Of a stretch of DNA of 64,000 bases, positions 19,016 to 28,453 are shown piece by piece. Numbering within the stretch: the stretch's first letter is position 1; every line of letters starts with the position of its first letter. The DNA comes from Candidatus Fervidifonticultor secundus (GTDB lineage: Bacteria > Sysuimicrobiota > Sysuimicrobiia > Sysuimicrobiales > Humicultoraceae). The position numbers were made by a program, and so were the translations under genes. Below the pieces are notes generated by a model, which made no database searches, was not told where the DNA came from, and worked only from the letters and a program-made list of their open reading frames with translations. The stretch covers positions 64,355 to 128,354 of the forward strand of contig JAVKIP010000002.1 of the NCBI GenBank assembly GCA_031459385.1, written 5' to 3'.

Positions 19016-20098
19016 ATGCAGGTTCGCCTGACCGACGTCGTGAAGCGCTTCGGCCCCGTGGAGGCCATGGCGGGCGTCTCCGTGACCATCGCCGACGGCG
19101 AGTTCTTCACGCTGCTGGGGCCCTCAGGCTGCGGCAAGACCACCACGCTGCGGGTGATCGCGGGGTTCTACGACCCGGATGCCGGCACCGTGCACTTCGA
19201 CGACGTGCTGATGAATGGCGTCCCGCCGGCCGAGCGCGGCATTGGCATCGTCTTCCAGAACTACGCGCTCTGGCCGCACATGACCGTGTACGAGAACGTC
19301 GCCTATGGCCTGCGCCTCAAACGCATCCCACCCGACGAGATCCGCCGCCGGGTCGTCGCGACCCTGGAGCAGGTCGGCCTCCAGGGGTTGGGCGACCGGT
19401 CCCCGGGCCAGCTCTCCGGCGGGCAGCAGCAGCGCGTGGCCGTGGCGCGGGCGCTGGTGCTGAACCCCCGGGTGCTCCTGCTCGACGAGCCGCTCTCGAA
19501 CCTCGACGCGAAGGTGCGCGCGCGGCTGCGCAGCGAGATCCGCCGCCTCCAGCAGGACCTGCGGATCACGACGGTCTACGTCACGCACGACCAGGAGGAA
19601 GCCATGGTCCTCTCCGACCGCATCGCGGTCATGGAGGCGGGCAGGATCCTTCAGATCGGGTCGCCGGTGGACCTCTACGAGCGGCCCGCCAGCCTGTTCG
19701 TGGCCGACTTCATCGGCACCAACAATCTCATTCCCGGCACCGTGGTAGCGTCCCGCGACGGCCAGACCGAACTGGAGACGCCGGCCGGTCTCCTGCGGGG
19801 GGTCGCAGGCCGGCCGCTCCCGCCCGGAAGCCGCGCCGTGGTGGCGGTGCGGCCCGAACACCTCGTCCTGCAGAGTGACGCCACGGGGCCCCTGGACGTC
19901 ACGCTCCGGGGCCGGGTGGTCCTCTCGCAGTACCTGGGCAACGTCGTCCGCTACGAACTGGAGGCCGGCGGCGGCGTCGTGCTGCTGGTGGACGTCCACG
20001 ACCCCCGTCGGCACCGGCTCCTGGCACCCGGCGCCGAGGTCACCGTGGGGTTCGCGGCCACCTCGGCGCTGGTCTTCCCCGAGGACCGGCGGTCGTGA
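19016..20098 (+). CDS. ABC ATP-binding protein, FbpC/PotA family with TOBE domain
   Basis: GPSGCGKT, FQNYALWPH, LSGGQQQR, LDEPLSNLD, YVTHDQEEA. Confidence 0.9.
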   Translation: MQVRLTDVVKRFGPVEAMAGVSVTIADGEFFTLLGPSGCGKTTTLRVIAGFYDPDAGTVHFDDVLMNGVPPAERGIGIVFQNYALWPHMTVYENVAYGLRLKRIPPDEIRRRVVATLEQVGLQGLGDRSPGQLSGGQQQRVAVARALVLNPRVLLLDEPLSNLDAKVRARLRSEIRRLQQDLRITTVYVTHDQEEAMVLSDRIAVMEAGRILQIGSPVDLYERPASLFVADFIGTNNLIPGTVVASRDGQTELETPAGLLRGVAGRPLPPGSRAVVAVRPEHLVLQSDATGPLDVTLRGRVVLSQYLGNVVRYELEAGGGVVLLVDVHDPRRHRLLAPGAEVTVGFAATSALVFPEDRRS

Positions 20099-21819
20099 CG
20101 CCGCCCGCGGTGGAAGCGGCACCCCTCCCCGCCGTCGCACGGCGATGGCGCGTGCCCGGCGTGGCGTGGGTCGTGCCGATCTATGCCTTCCTGTTCCTGT
20201 TCATCGTGTTCCCGCTGTGGCGCCTGTTCGCCGACGCCGTCTCCACCGACGAGGGGCAGTGGACGGTCCGGTTCCTGGTGGCCTTCGCCCGCGACGCCTT
20301 CTACCAGCGCGCACTGGCCAACTCCGTCGTGGTGGCTGCGGGCACCGTCGTCGGGTGCGCCCTGATCGGGTTCCTGGCCGCGTTCCTCCTGGTCCGGTAC
20401 GACTTCCCCGGCCGCGCGCTGTTCTCCTACCTGACCATGCTGCCCATTATCATGCCGCCGCTGGTGGGCATCATGGGCTTGGTCTTCATCCTGGGGCGGG
20501 CCGGCACGGTCAACGTGCTGCTCATGGACTACCTGGGGCTGCGGCAACCCGTCAACTTCATCTACGGCTGGCACGGGGTCCTGCTGGCCATGATCCTGCA
20601 CTACTTCCCCCTGATCACGCTCAACGTGGTCGATGGCCTGAGCAAAGTCGACGCCTCGATCGAGGAAGCGGCCGAAGCCGCGGGCGCCCGCGGGCTGCGC
20701 AAGATCGTCGACATCACCCTCCCGCTGGTCACCCCGGGGTTCATCTCGGGCGCCACGCTGGTCTTCATCTTGGCGTTTGCCGACTTCGCGACGCCGCTGG
20801 TGGTGGGCGTGCAGAACCTAATCGCCTCCCAAGCCTACCTGAACATCGTCCAGTTCATCGACCGGCGACTGTTCAAGATGGGCATCGTCATCGGCGCGCT
20901 GATGGGGGCCATGGCCATCGTCTTCCTCGTCGTGGCCCGGCGCGTGGTGGCCATGCGGGAGTACGCCATGGTGTCCTACCGCGCCGTCGAGCGCCGGACG
21001 CTGCGCGGTGGCTGGCGGTTCGCGGTGCCGGCGTTCTTCACCGCGGTGCTGACCCTGGCGTTCCTCCCGTACCTGGGCGTGGCGCTGGCGGCGTTCGGCC
21101 GCGCCTGGTCGCTGACGCCGTTCCCCACGCGCTTCACCCTGGCCCACCTCGACGCGGTGCTGCACCTGACGCCGATCTACGTCATCAATACTCTGCGGTG
21201 GAGCGCCCTGGCCGTGGTGATCATCCTGGCGGTGGGGGTACCGCTGGGGTGGGTGCTGGCCCGGAGCACGGTGCCCGGGCGGGGGCTGATGGACGCCATC
21301 GTCACGCTGGTCCTGGCGCTGCCGGGCACCGCCATCGGCATCGCCTACATCCGCGCCTTCCACTTCCCGCTGCCGCTGGTCGGGCTGGTCCTGAGCCGGC
21401 TGTGGATCATCATGCCGCTGGTGCTGGCCGTGCGCCGCATGCCCTACACGGTGCGGGCGACCTTCGCGGCCCTGCTGAACCTGCACCGCGCCATGGAGGA
21501 AGCCGCGGCGAGCGTGGGCGCCTCAGGGCTACGCACCTTCTTCGACGTCACCCTGCCCCTGATCTGGCGCGGCGTGCTGGCCGGCGCGCTCTTCTCCCTG
21601 ATGTTCGCCCTGCAGGAGGCTGCCGCGACGATCCTGCTGTTCCTGCCGGGCTGGGAGACGATGACGGTCGGGATCTTCACCTTCTATACGTCGGGCACGA
21701 TCGGGCAGGCCGCCGCCCTGGGCTTCGTGCTGATCCTGCTCTGCGCGGTCACGCTGTATGCCGTCTACCGGCTGACGGGCGCGCGCATGGGCGGGCTCTT
21801 CGGCGCGGGCGGCGGCTGA
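20095..21819 (+). CDS. ABC permease, FbpB/AfuB family (two fused TM domains)
   Basis: Two EAA loops (IEEAAEAAGA and MEEAAASVGA); about 12 TM segments. Confidence 0.9.
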   Translation: MTPPAVEAAPLPAVARRWRVPGVAWVVPIYAFLFLFIVFPLWRLFADAVSTDEGQWTVRFLVAFARDAFYQRALANSVVVAAGTVVGCALIGFLAAFLLVRYDFPGRALFSYLTMLPIIMPPLVGIMGLVFILGRAGTVNVLLMDYLGLRQPVNFIYGWHGVLLAMILHYFPLITLNVVDGLSKVDASIEEAAEAAGARGLRKIVDITLPLVTPGFISGATLVFILAFADFATPLVVGVQNLIASQAYLNIVQFIDRRLFKMGIVIGALMGAMAIVFLVVARRVVAMREYAMVSYRAVERRTLRGGWRFAVPAFFTAVLTLAFLPYLGVALAAFGRAWSLTPFPTRFTLAHLDAVLHLTPIYVINTLRWSALAVVIILAVGVPLGWVLARSTVPGRGLMDAIVTLVLALPGTAIGIAYIRAFHFPLPLVGLVLSRLWIIMPLVLAVRRMPYTVRATFAALLNLHRAMEEAAASVGASGLRTFFDVTLPLIWRGVLAGALFSLMFALQEAAATILLFLPGWETMTVGIFTFYTSGTIGQAAALGFVLILLCAVTLYAVYRLTGARMGGLFGAGGG

Positions 21820-21820
21820 G

Positions 21821-22630
21821 ATGCCCCATCCGCGGCCACGGCCGACGCGGCTGTACGCCGGGTACGCGTTCGATCTCGACGGCACCATCTACCTGGGCGA
21901 TGCGGCACTGCCGGGCGCGGCGCCCACGGTGGCCGCGCTGCGACAGGCCGGGGCCCGTGTCGTCTTCCTCTCGAACAACCCGTTGCGTACGCGCCAGGAG
22001 TATGCGGCCAAGCTCACCGCGCTGGGGATCCCCGCGACCGCCGACGACGTGATCAACTCGTCGTACGTCCTGGTGCGCCACCTGGCGGCGACGGCGCCCG
22101 GCGCAGCGCTGCTCGTCATCGGCGAGGAGTCGGTGAAGGCGGAACTCCGGGCGGCGGGCTTCGTCCTCACCGAGGCCCCCAGCCAGGTGGACTATGTCGT
22201 GGCGTGCTTCGACCGAACCTTCGACTACCGGAAGCTCAAGCTCGGCTTCGACGCCCTGCGGGCCGGGGCGCGCTTCATCGCCACCAACCGCGACCCGTAC
22301 TGCCCGACGCCCGACGGTGGCCTGCCCGACTGCGGAGCGATCATCGCGGCGCTGGAAGCCAGCAGCGGGCGCCGGGTGGAGACCGTGGTGGGCAAACCGT
22401 CGCCCATCACGGGACGGATGCTGCTCGAGCGGCTCGGCACCGCGCCCGCGCAGTCGCTGGTGGTGGGCGACCGGCTCGAGACCGACATTGCGCTGGGCGT
22501 GGCCACGGGCATGGCCACGGCCCTCGTGCTCACCGGCGTGACGACGCGCGAGGCAGCCCTCGCAGCGCAGCCGCGGCCCGACTACATCCTCGAGGGCATC
22601 GCCCAGGTGCTGCCGGAGTCCGACGGGTGA
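21821..22630 (+). CDS. HAD-IIA family phosphatase (NagD-like)
   Basis: FDLDGT, LSNN, ATN.D, GKPS, VGDRLETDI. Confidence 0.9.
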   Translation: MPHPRPRPTRLYAGYAFDLDGTIYLGDAALPGAAPTVAALRQAGARVVFLSNNPLRTRQEYAAKLTALGIPATADDVINSSYVLVRHLAATAPGAALLVIGEESVKAELRAAGFVLTEAPSQVDYVVACFDRTFDYRKLKLGFDALRAGARFIATNRDPYCPTPDGGLPDCGAIIAALEASSGRRVETVVGKPSPITGRMLLERLGTAPAQSLVVGDRLETDIALGVATGMATALVLTGVTTREAALAAQPRPDYILEGIAQVLPESDG

Positions 22631-23364
22631 GCCGGCCACAGGTGATCGCGCACCGGGGCGCCTCGGCGCAGGCGCCGGAGAACACGCTGGCCGCGTTCCG
22701 GCGCGCGCTCGACCTGGGCGTGGACGCGGTCGAGTTCGACGTGCACCTGTCGGCCGACGGCGAACCGGTGGTGCTGCACGACCCGGTGGTGGACCGCACC
22801 ACCGACGGCCAGGGGCTGGTGCGGGACCTGCCGCTGGCCGTGCTGCGGCGCCTGGACGCCGGCCGGTGGTTCGGGGAAGCGTTCGCGGGCGAGCGCATTC
22901 CCACCCTGGCCGAGGCGCTGGACCTGCTGCGTGGCGTGCGGGCGATCGTGGAGATCAAGAACGGGCCCGTGGCCTACCCCGGGATCGCCGCGCGGGCGGT
23001 AGCCGTGGCACGCGCGGTCGGACATCCTGCGGTTACGTTCTCGTCGTTCGACCATCCGGTGCTGCTCGAGGTGCGGCGCGCCGACCCCACCGCCGACACC
23101 GCTGCGCTGTTCATGGGCAGGCCGGTCGACCCCGGCGCGCTGGCTGCCGCGGCAGCGGCCTGCCGGCTGCACGCCCACTGGGCGTGGGTGACGCCCGAGT
23201 TCGTGCGCGAGGCCCACGCGGCGGGCCTGACGGTGGAGGTCTGGACGGTCGACGAGCCGGCGGCGATCGCACACGTGCTCCCGCTGGGGGTGGACGGCAT
23301 CATGAGCAACTACCCCGACCGGCTCCAGGCTGTCCTTGCCGGTCGCGAGGCGGCCGGAGGCTGA
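22627..23364 (+). CDS. Glycerophosphodiester phosphodiesterase (cytoplasmic, UgpQ/GlpQ family)
   Basis: IAHRGAS..APENTL.AF, EFDV, HD, EIK, WTVD, GVDGI.SNYPD. Confidence 0.92.
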   Translation: MSRPQVIAHRGASAQAPENTLAAFRRALDLGVDAVEFDVHLSADGEPVVLHDPVVDRTTDGQGLVRDLPLAVLRRLDAGRWFGEAFAGERIPTLAEALDLLRGVRAIVEIKNGPVAYPGIAARAVAVARAVGHPAVTFSSFDHPVLLEVRRADPTADTAALFMGRPVDPGALAAAAAACRLHAHWAWVTPEFVREAHAAGLTVEVWTVDEPAAIAHVLPLGVDGIMSNYPDRLQAVLAGREAAGG

Positions 23365-23371
23365 GACGGGC

Positions 23372-25036
23372 TCAGGGCGACGCCGCCTGCGCGGGCGGCA
23401 CCGCCGCCAGGGCTGCGTCGTCGCGGCGGCGGAGCGCCCGGTAGGCGTCCAGCTGGCGCGCGGTTTCCGCGTCGTCCCATCCCAGCACCCGCGCCATCAG
23501 CCGTGCCGCGCAGACGGCCGCCGCATCGGCAGCGCGCGCGTCGAGGACCGCCAGGCGCGTGCGCAGGTAGAGGCAGTCGGCCAGCGCCACGGCCTGCTCG
23601 GCCCGGCAGGCGTAGACGATCTCGGCGGCGACGTGCGGAAGGCCCTGCGCGAGCGGCGCGGCCAGCGACGGATCGTCGCGCACGAGCGCCGCGACCTCGC
23701 TGGCCAGGCTGCCGTAGGTCTCCAGGAGGTGCGCCCGCTGCTCGGGCGGCAGCCTGACCGCCTCGAGCGCCGCCCGCGCGTTGTCGAGCCCGGCGGCGCC
23801 AGCCAGGGGCAACGCGGCGGTCCGGCAGGGGCGCGCGGTGCCCTCACGCGCGGCGACCACGTTCACGGTGTCCTCGGCCATCTTGCGGTAGGTCGTCAAC
23901 TTGCCGCCGGTCACGGTCACCAGGCCACCGGGCGAGGTCACGACCAGGTGGTCGCGCGAGAGGGCGGCGGTCGAGCCGCCTGCGGTCGCGATCAAGGGCC
24001 GCACACCCGCGTAGGTCGCGGTGATGTCCACGGGCCGCAGCGGCCGCACCAGGTAGCGATTGGCGTGATCCAGCAGGTAGGCCACGTCGGCCGCCGTTGC
24101 CACCGGCGCCTCCAGGTCTCCGTCGTAGGGTTCGTCGGTCGTGCCCAGCACGAACCGTCCGCCCCAGGGCACGAGGAACGCCAGCCGTCCGTCGTCGGTC
24201 TCGGGGATCACGATGGCCGCGGTTGCCGCCACGGCCTGCGGGCGGAGCACCAGGTGCACGCCCTTGCTGTGGCGGATCCGGAACGACGGCGGGCCGTCCA
24301 GGGCGGCCACGCGCTCGGCCCAGATCCCCGTGGCGTTGACCACCGCCCGCGCCGGCACTTCGATCGTGCGGCCCGTGAGCCGGTCGAGCACCGCCGCGCC
24401 CCGGACCGCGGCGCCCTGCCGCAGCAGCGCGGTGACCTCGGCGTAGTTGACCGTGGTCGCTCCGTGCGCGCGGGCCGTCGCCAGCACCGCATGGGTCAGG
24501 CGCACGTCGTCCGTGCGGGCGTCGTAGTAGAGCAGCGCCGACCGCAGGCCCGCAGTGCGCAGGTCCGGTGCCAGCCGGCTCAGGTCGTCGCCCGAGAGGC
24601 GCCGGTGACGGAACGCGGGTGCGCGCGCGAACAGGTCATAAACGGTCAGACCGACCCGCACGCCCAGCGGCGCAAGCGGGCGCGCCAGGGCCGGCAGCCG
24701 CACGCCCAGCGGCCGACGGGCGCCAGCGTACAGGGGTACGACAAATGCCAGCGGGTGGACCAGGTGCGGGGCCAGGCGGAGCAGCCGCCCGCGTTCCCGG
24801 AGCGCGTCGCGCACGAGGCGGAGGTGCCCCTGGGGCAGGTAGCGGATGCCGCCGTGCACCAGCCGCGTGGACCGGCTGCTGGTACCGGCGGCGAAGTCCG
24901 CGCGCTCCACCAGGCCGACGCGGTAGCGGCGCGTGGCCGCGTCCAGCGCCACGCCCGCCCCCGTGATGCCCCCGCCGATGACGAGGAGATCCACGCCACC
25001 CGCCAGCACCCGGAACGCGTCATCGCGCGAGACCAT
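23372..25036 (-). CDS. glpD: FAD-dependent glycerol-3-phosphate dehydrogenase/oxidase
   Basis: IGGGITGAG, GTSSRST.LVHGG.RYL, NATG.W, SKGVHL, GGKLTTYR.MAE; GGAGG RBS. Confidence 0.9.
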   Translation of the reverse strand: MVSRDDAFRVLAGGVDLLVIGGGITGAGVALDAATRRYRVGLVERADFAAGTSSRSTRLVHGGIRYLPQGHLRLVRDALRERGRLLRLAPHLVHPLAFVVPLYAGARRPLGVRLPALARPLAPLGVRVGLTVYDLFARAPAFRHRRLSGDDLSRLAPDLRTAGLRSALLYYDARTDDVRLTHAVLATARAHGATTVNYAEVTALLRQGAAVRGAAVLDRLTGRTIEVPARAVVNATGIWAERVAALDGPPSFRIRHSKGVHLVLRPQAVAATAAIVIPETDDGRLAFLVPWGGRFVLGTTDEPYDGDLEAPVATAADVAYLLDHANRYLVRPLRPVDITATYAGVRPLIATAGGSTAALSRDHLVVTSPGGLVTVTGGKLTTYRKMAEDTVNVVAAREGTARPCRTAALPLAGAAGLDNARAALEAVRLPPEQRAHLLETYGSLASEVAALVRDDPSLAAPLAQGLPHVAAEIVYACRAEQAVALADCLYLRTRLAVLDARAADAAAVCAARLMARVLGWDDAETARQLDAYRALRRRDDAALAAVPPAQAASP

Positions 25037-25054
25037 CACGATGCCTCCGCGTGT

Positions 25055-25063
25055 AGCGTAGCA
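25055..25063 (-). promoter_or_regulatory. Putative extended -10 promoter of glpD
   Basis: Minus strand TGC-TACGCT just upstream of the RBS. Confidence 0.35.
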
Positions 25064-25187
25064 CGAGGATGCAGAGGAGCCCATCCGGCGCGTGCTGTAT
25101 CCCCCGGTCCGTGCCGTCACCCCGCGCCGCGCGCCGCACCCCGCCCGGCGCGGGGAGCCGCGGCCCGGCGCGGCTCGCGCGGCGCGG

Positions 25188-25216
25188 TTGCTGCGGGGGG
25201 TGCCGTCTGCTATCCT
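25188..25216 (+). promoter_or_regulatory. Sigma70-type promoter of ispH-der
   Basis: TTGCTG-17 nt-TATCCT with an extended TG. Confidence 0.55.
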
Positions 25217-25247
25217 GCGGACGACGGCCCGCGCAGGGAGGCACCGC

Positions 25248-26120
25248 GTGGAGATCGTGCTCGCCAGGCACCAGGGGTTCTGTGGCGGCGTCCGCCGGGC
25301 GGTGGAGATGTCCGAGGCCGCCGCGCATGAGAGCGGTGGCAAGGCCCAGACGTGGGGGCCGCTCATCCACAACCCGCAGGTGGTGGGCAGGCTCGAGGCC
25401 GCAGGCCTGGCGGTCGTCGAGGATCTGCACGACCTGGGCGGGGAGGCGTTCGTCGTCTCCGCCTACGGCGTGGAGCACGCCGTGCTGGACGCAGCCCGCG
25501 CGCGCGGCATGCGGATCGTGGACGCCACCTGCCCGGTGGTGATCCGCGCGCACTCGCTGGCCCACCGGCTGGTCGAGGAAGGCTACCAGGTCATCGTCGT
25601 CGGCGATCACGGGCACCCCGAGATGGTTACCCTGAAAGAGGTACTGGGCGAGAAGGTCACGGTCGTCCACACCCTCGAGGAGGCCCGGCGGGTCAAGCTG
25701 CGCGGAAAGATCGGCGTCATGTCGCAGACCACCCAGTCCATGGACAACTTCCGCGCCATCGTCGGCGACCTGGCCCTGCGGACCAAGGAACTGAAGGTGC
25801 TCAACACGCTCTGCCCGGCCATCACCGTGCGGCAGGAAGAGGCCGAGCGGCTGGTGGAGCAGGTAGATGCGCTGGTCGTCGTGGGCGGGCACCACAGCAG
25901 CAACACGACCCGCCTGGCCGAGATCGGACGCGCGCGGGGCCTGCCGACGTTCCACGTCGAGATCGCCGACGAGCTCGACCCGGCATGGGTACAGGGCCGG
26001 CGCCGGGTGGGCGTCATGTCCGGCGCGTCCACACCCGAGTGGATCATCGCCGAGGTGGTCCGCCGCCTCGAGGAGATCGGGGCGGAGCGCGAGGAGGCGG
26101 CTGCGTTGCCGGCTCCGTGA
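25248..26120 (+). CDS. ispH: 4-hydroxy-3-methylbut-2-enyl diphosphate reductase
   Basis: GFCGGVRRA, IHN, DATCP.V, HPE, QTT, TLC...RQ, SSNT, GASTP; GGAGG RBS then GTG. Confidence 0.9.
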   Translation: MEIVLARHQGFCGGVRRAVEMSEAAAHESGGKAQTWGPLIHNPQVVGRLEAAGLAVVEDLHDLGGEAFVVSAYGVEHAVLDAARARGMRIVDATCPVVIRAHSLAHRLVEEGYQVIVVGDHGHPEMVTLKEVLGEKVTVVHTLEEARRVKLRGKIGVMSQTTQSMDNFRAIVGDLALRTKELKVLNTLCPAITVRQEEAERLVEQVDALVVVGGHHSSNTTRLAEIGRARGLPTFHVEIADELDPAWVQGRRRVGVMSGASTPEWIIAEVVRRLEEIGAEREEAAALPAP

Positions 26121-27460
26121 GTCCCCGCGCCGGGTTGCCGGTCGTCGCCATCGTCGGCCGGCCGAACGTCGGGAAGTCTGCACTGTTCAACCGCCTGATC
26201 GGCCGGCGCGTCGCCATCGTCGAGGACGTCCCGGGGGTCACGCGCGACCGCCTCTATGCCGAGGCCGAGTGGCGCGGCCGGCGTTTCGTCGTGGTGGACA
26301 CCGGCGGCCTCGTCTCGGACGCCGCGACCGGCCTGCCCGGCCAGGTCCGTGCCCAGGCCACCCAGGCCGCGGCGGAAGCCGACGTCATCCTCCTGGTCGT
26401 GGACGCCCGCAGTGGCATCGTGCCCGAAGACCGCGCCGTCGCCGATGTCGTGCGCCGTGCGCGCGCCCCGGTGCTGGTCGTGGCCAACAAACTCGACGAC
26501 CCCGCCAGCGAGCCCGCGGCAGCGGAGTTCTTTGCGCTGGGCTTCGGCGATCCGCTGCCGGCCTCGGCTCTGCACGGCCGCGGCATGGGCGACCTGCTGG
26601 ACGCGGTCGTGGCGCTGCTGCCCGCCGGAGCGCCTGCCGATGTTGCCGCCGCGGACGCCGCGCCGGCCGTCGCCATCGTCGGGCGGCCGAACGTCGGCAA
26701 GTCGTCGCTGGTGAACGCCATCCTGGGCGAGGAGCGCGTGGTCGTGGACGCCGCCCCAGGCACCACGCGCGACGCCGTGGACACCGTGCTGGAACGCGGC
26801 GGCCGGCGTTTCGTGCTGATCGACACGGCGGGGCTCCGGCGCCCGTCGCGGGTGCGCGAGACCATCGAGGCGTCCAGCGCTGCCCGCACGCGGCGCGCCA
26901 TCGAACGCGCCGAGGTGGTCGTGCTGGTGCTGGACGCTTCCGACCCCGTCACCGACCAGGACCAGCACATCGCGCGGCAGGCCACCGACGCGGGCTGCGG
27001 CCTCGTCATCGCCCTCAACAAGTGGGACCTCGTGGCGTCCACGCCACGGCGCGACCCGCGTCGCGAGCGCGTGGTGCGCCACGCGCTGCGGTTCGTGGCG
27101 TACGCGCCGCTGGTGGTCACGTCGGCCGTGCGGGGGTGGGGGATCGAGGCGCTGCTGGAGACAATTGCGCAGGTCGCCGCGGCGCACCGCGCCCGTATCT
27201 CCACGGGCGTGCTCAACCGCATCGTGGGCGAGGCGGTCCAGCGGAACCAGCCGCCCGCCGACGCCGCCGGACGCCGGCTGCGCATCTACTACGCCACCCA
27301 GCCCGAATCCGCGCCGCCGCGCATCGTGCTCTTCGTCAACGACCCGCAGCGGATGCCCGAGGCCTACCAGCGCTACCTCGAGCGCGCGGTGCGCGAAGCC
27401 CACCCGCTGCCCGGTGTGCCCCTGCGCTTCGTGCTGCGGCGCCGCGGGGAGACGGCGTGA
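26117..27460 (+). CDS. der: Ribosome biogenesis GTPase Der (EngA)
   Basis: Two tandem GRPNVGKS / DT[G/A]G / NKxD G-domains plus a KH-like C-terminus. Confidence 0.95.
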   Translation: MSPRAGLPVVAIVGRPNVGKSALFNRLIGRRVAIVEDVPGVTRDRLYAEAEWRGRRFVVVDTGGLVSDAATGLPGQVRAQATQAAAEADVILLVVDARSGIVPEDRAVADVVRRARAPVLVVANKLDDPASEPAAAEFFALGFGDPLPASALHGRGMGDLLDAVVALLPAGAPADVAAADAAPAVAIVGRPNVGKSSLVNAILGEERVVVDAAPGTTRDAVDTVLERGGRRFVLIDTAGLRRPSRVRETIEASSAARTRRAIERAEVVVLVLDASDPVTDQDQHIARQATDAGCGLVIALNKWDLVASTPRRDPRRERVVRHALRFVAYAPLVVTSAVRGWGIEALLETIAQVAAAHRARISTGVLNRIVGEAVQRNQPPADAAGRRLRIYYATQPESAPPRIVLFVNDPQRMPEAYQRYLERAVREAHPLPGVPLRFVLRRRGETA

Positions 27461-27609
27461 TCGCCCTGCCGGCGACCCGTGGCGTCGCCGCGGCGTCCGG
27501 GTTGCTGGCGGCCCAGGCGGCTGCCGTGGCGAGGAACTCCGCCTCGACTGGCGAAGGGGGCGGCGCTGAGACCGTGGTGGCTTCGTCGGTCGAGGCGTGA
27601 GCGTTCGTC

Positions 27610-28413
27610 ATGCCTGAGCTCCCTGAGGTCGAGACCGCCCGCCGCACGCTGGCCCCGCAGATCCTCGGCCGCCGTATCGAGAGCGTTGCGGTCCACCGCC
27701 CGCCCGCGCTGCGCACCCACCGGCCGGCCGAGGCCGCGCGTCTGCTGCGCGGGCGCATCTTTCGTGACGTGCAGCGGCGCGGGAAAGCGCTGCTGCTGCA
27801 TCTTGACGAAGGCTGGACCCTCGTGTTCCACTACGCGCTGTGGGGCGTGGTCGCGGTGCGGCCTGGCCCTGTCGGCGACGCCATGACCGCCGTGGTGGTC
27901 GGCCTCGACGACGGACGGGTGATCGAGTTTCGCGAGCTCCAGCTGAGCAGCCTGCACCTGGTGCCCACGGCACGCCTCGACGGCGTCTCGTTCCTGGCAG
28001 CGCTCGGTGCCGACCCGCTCGATCGGTCCCTGACGTACCCTCGATTTCGTGAACTCCTGGCCGGGCGGGGGAGCGTGCGGGGTCTGCTGACCGACCAGCG
28101 GCGCCTGGCTGGCATCGGCAACCTCTGGGTGCAGGAGATCCTGTTCGCAGCCGGGCTGCGGCCGACGCGTGCGGCGGCCACCCTCGATGAGGCTGCCTGG
28201 CGGCGGCTCTACCGCGCGATGCGCACCGTGCTGGGCCGCGCCGTCCGCGCCGGGGGGGAGCCTGAGTTCCTCGATGCCACCGGCCGCACAGGACGCGCCC
28301 GGCTCTACGTCTACGGACGCGGCGGGCAGCCCTGCCGCGTCTGCGGCGCGCGCATCGTCGCCAGCAGAGCCGGCGGCCGCCCCGCGTTCTGGTGTCCGCG
28401 GTGCCAGCGGTGA
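27610..28413 (+). CDS. mutM: Fpg/Nei family DNA glycosylase/AP lyase
   Basis: N-terminal MPELPEV, RRGK, DQ..LAGIGN, C-terminal zinc finger CRVC...CPRCQ. Confidence 0.85.
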   Translation: MPELPEVETARRTLAPQILGRRIESVAVHRPPALRTHRPAEAARLLRGRIFRDVQRRGKALLLHLDEGWTLVFHYALWGVVAVRPGPVGDAMTAVVVGLDDGRVIEFRELQLSSLHLVPTARLDGVSFLAALGADPLDRSLTYPRFRELLAGRGSVRGLLTDQRRLAGIGNLWVQEILFAAGLRPTRAAATLDEAAWRRLYRAMRTVLGRAVRAGGEPEFLDATGRTGRARLYVYGRGGQPCRVCGARIVASRAGGRPAFWCPRCQR

Positions 28414-28453
28414 GGAGGGTGGCGATGGGATCGCGAGTGTGCGGGGTTCGGTG

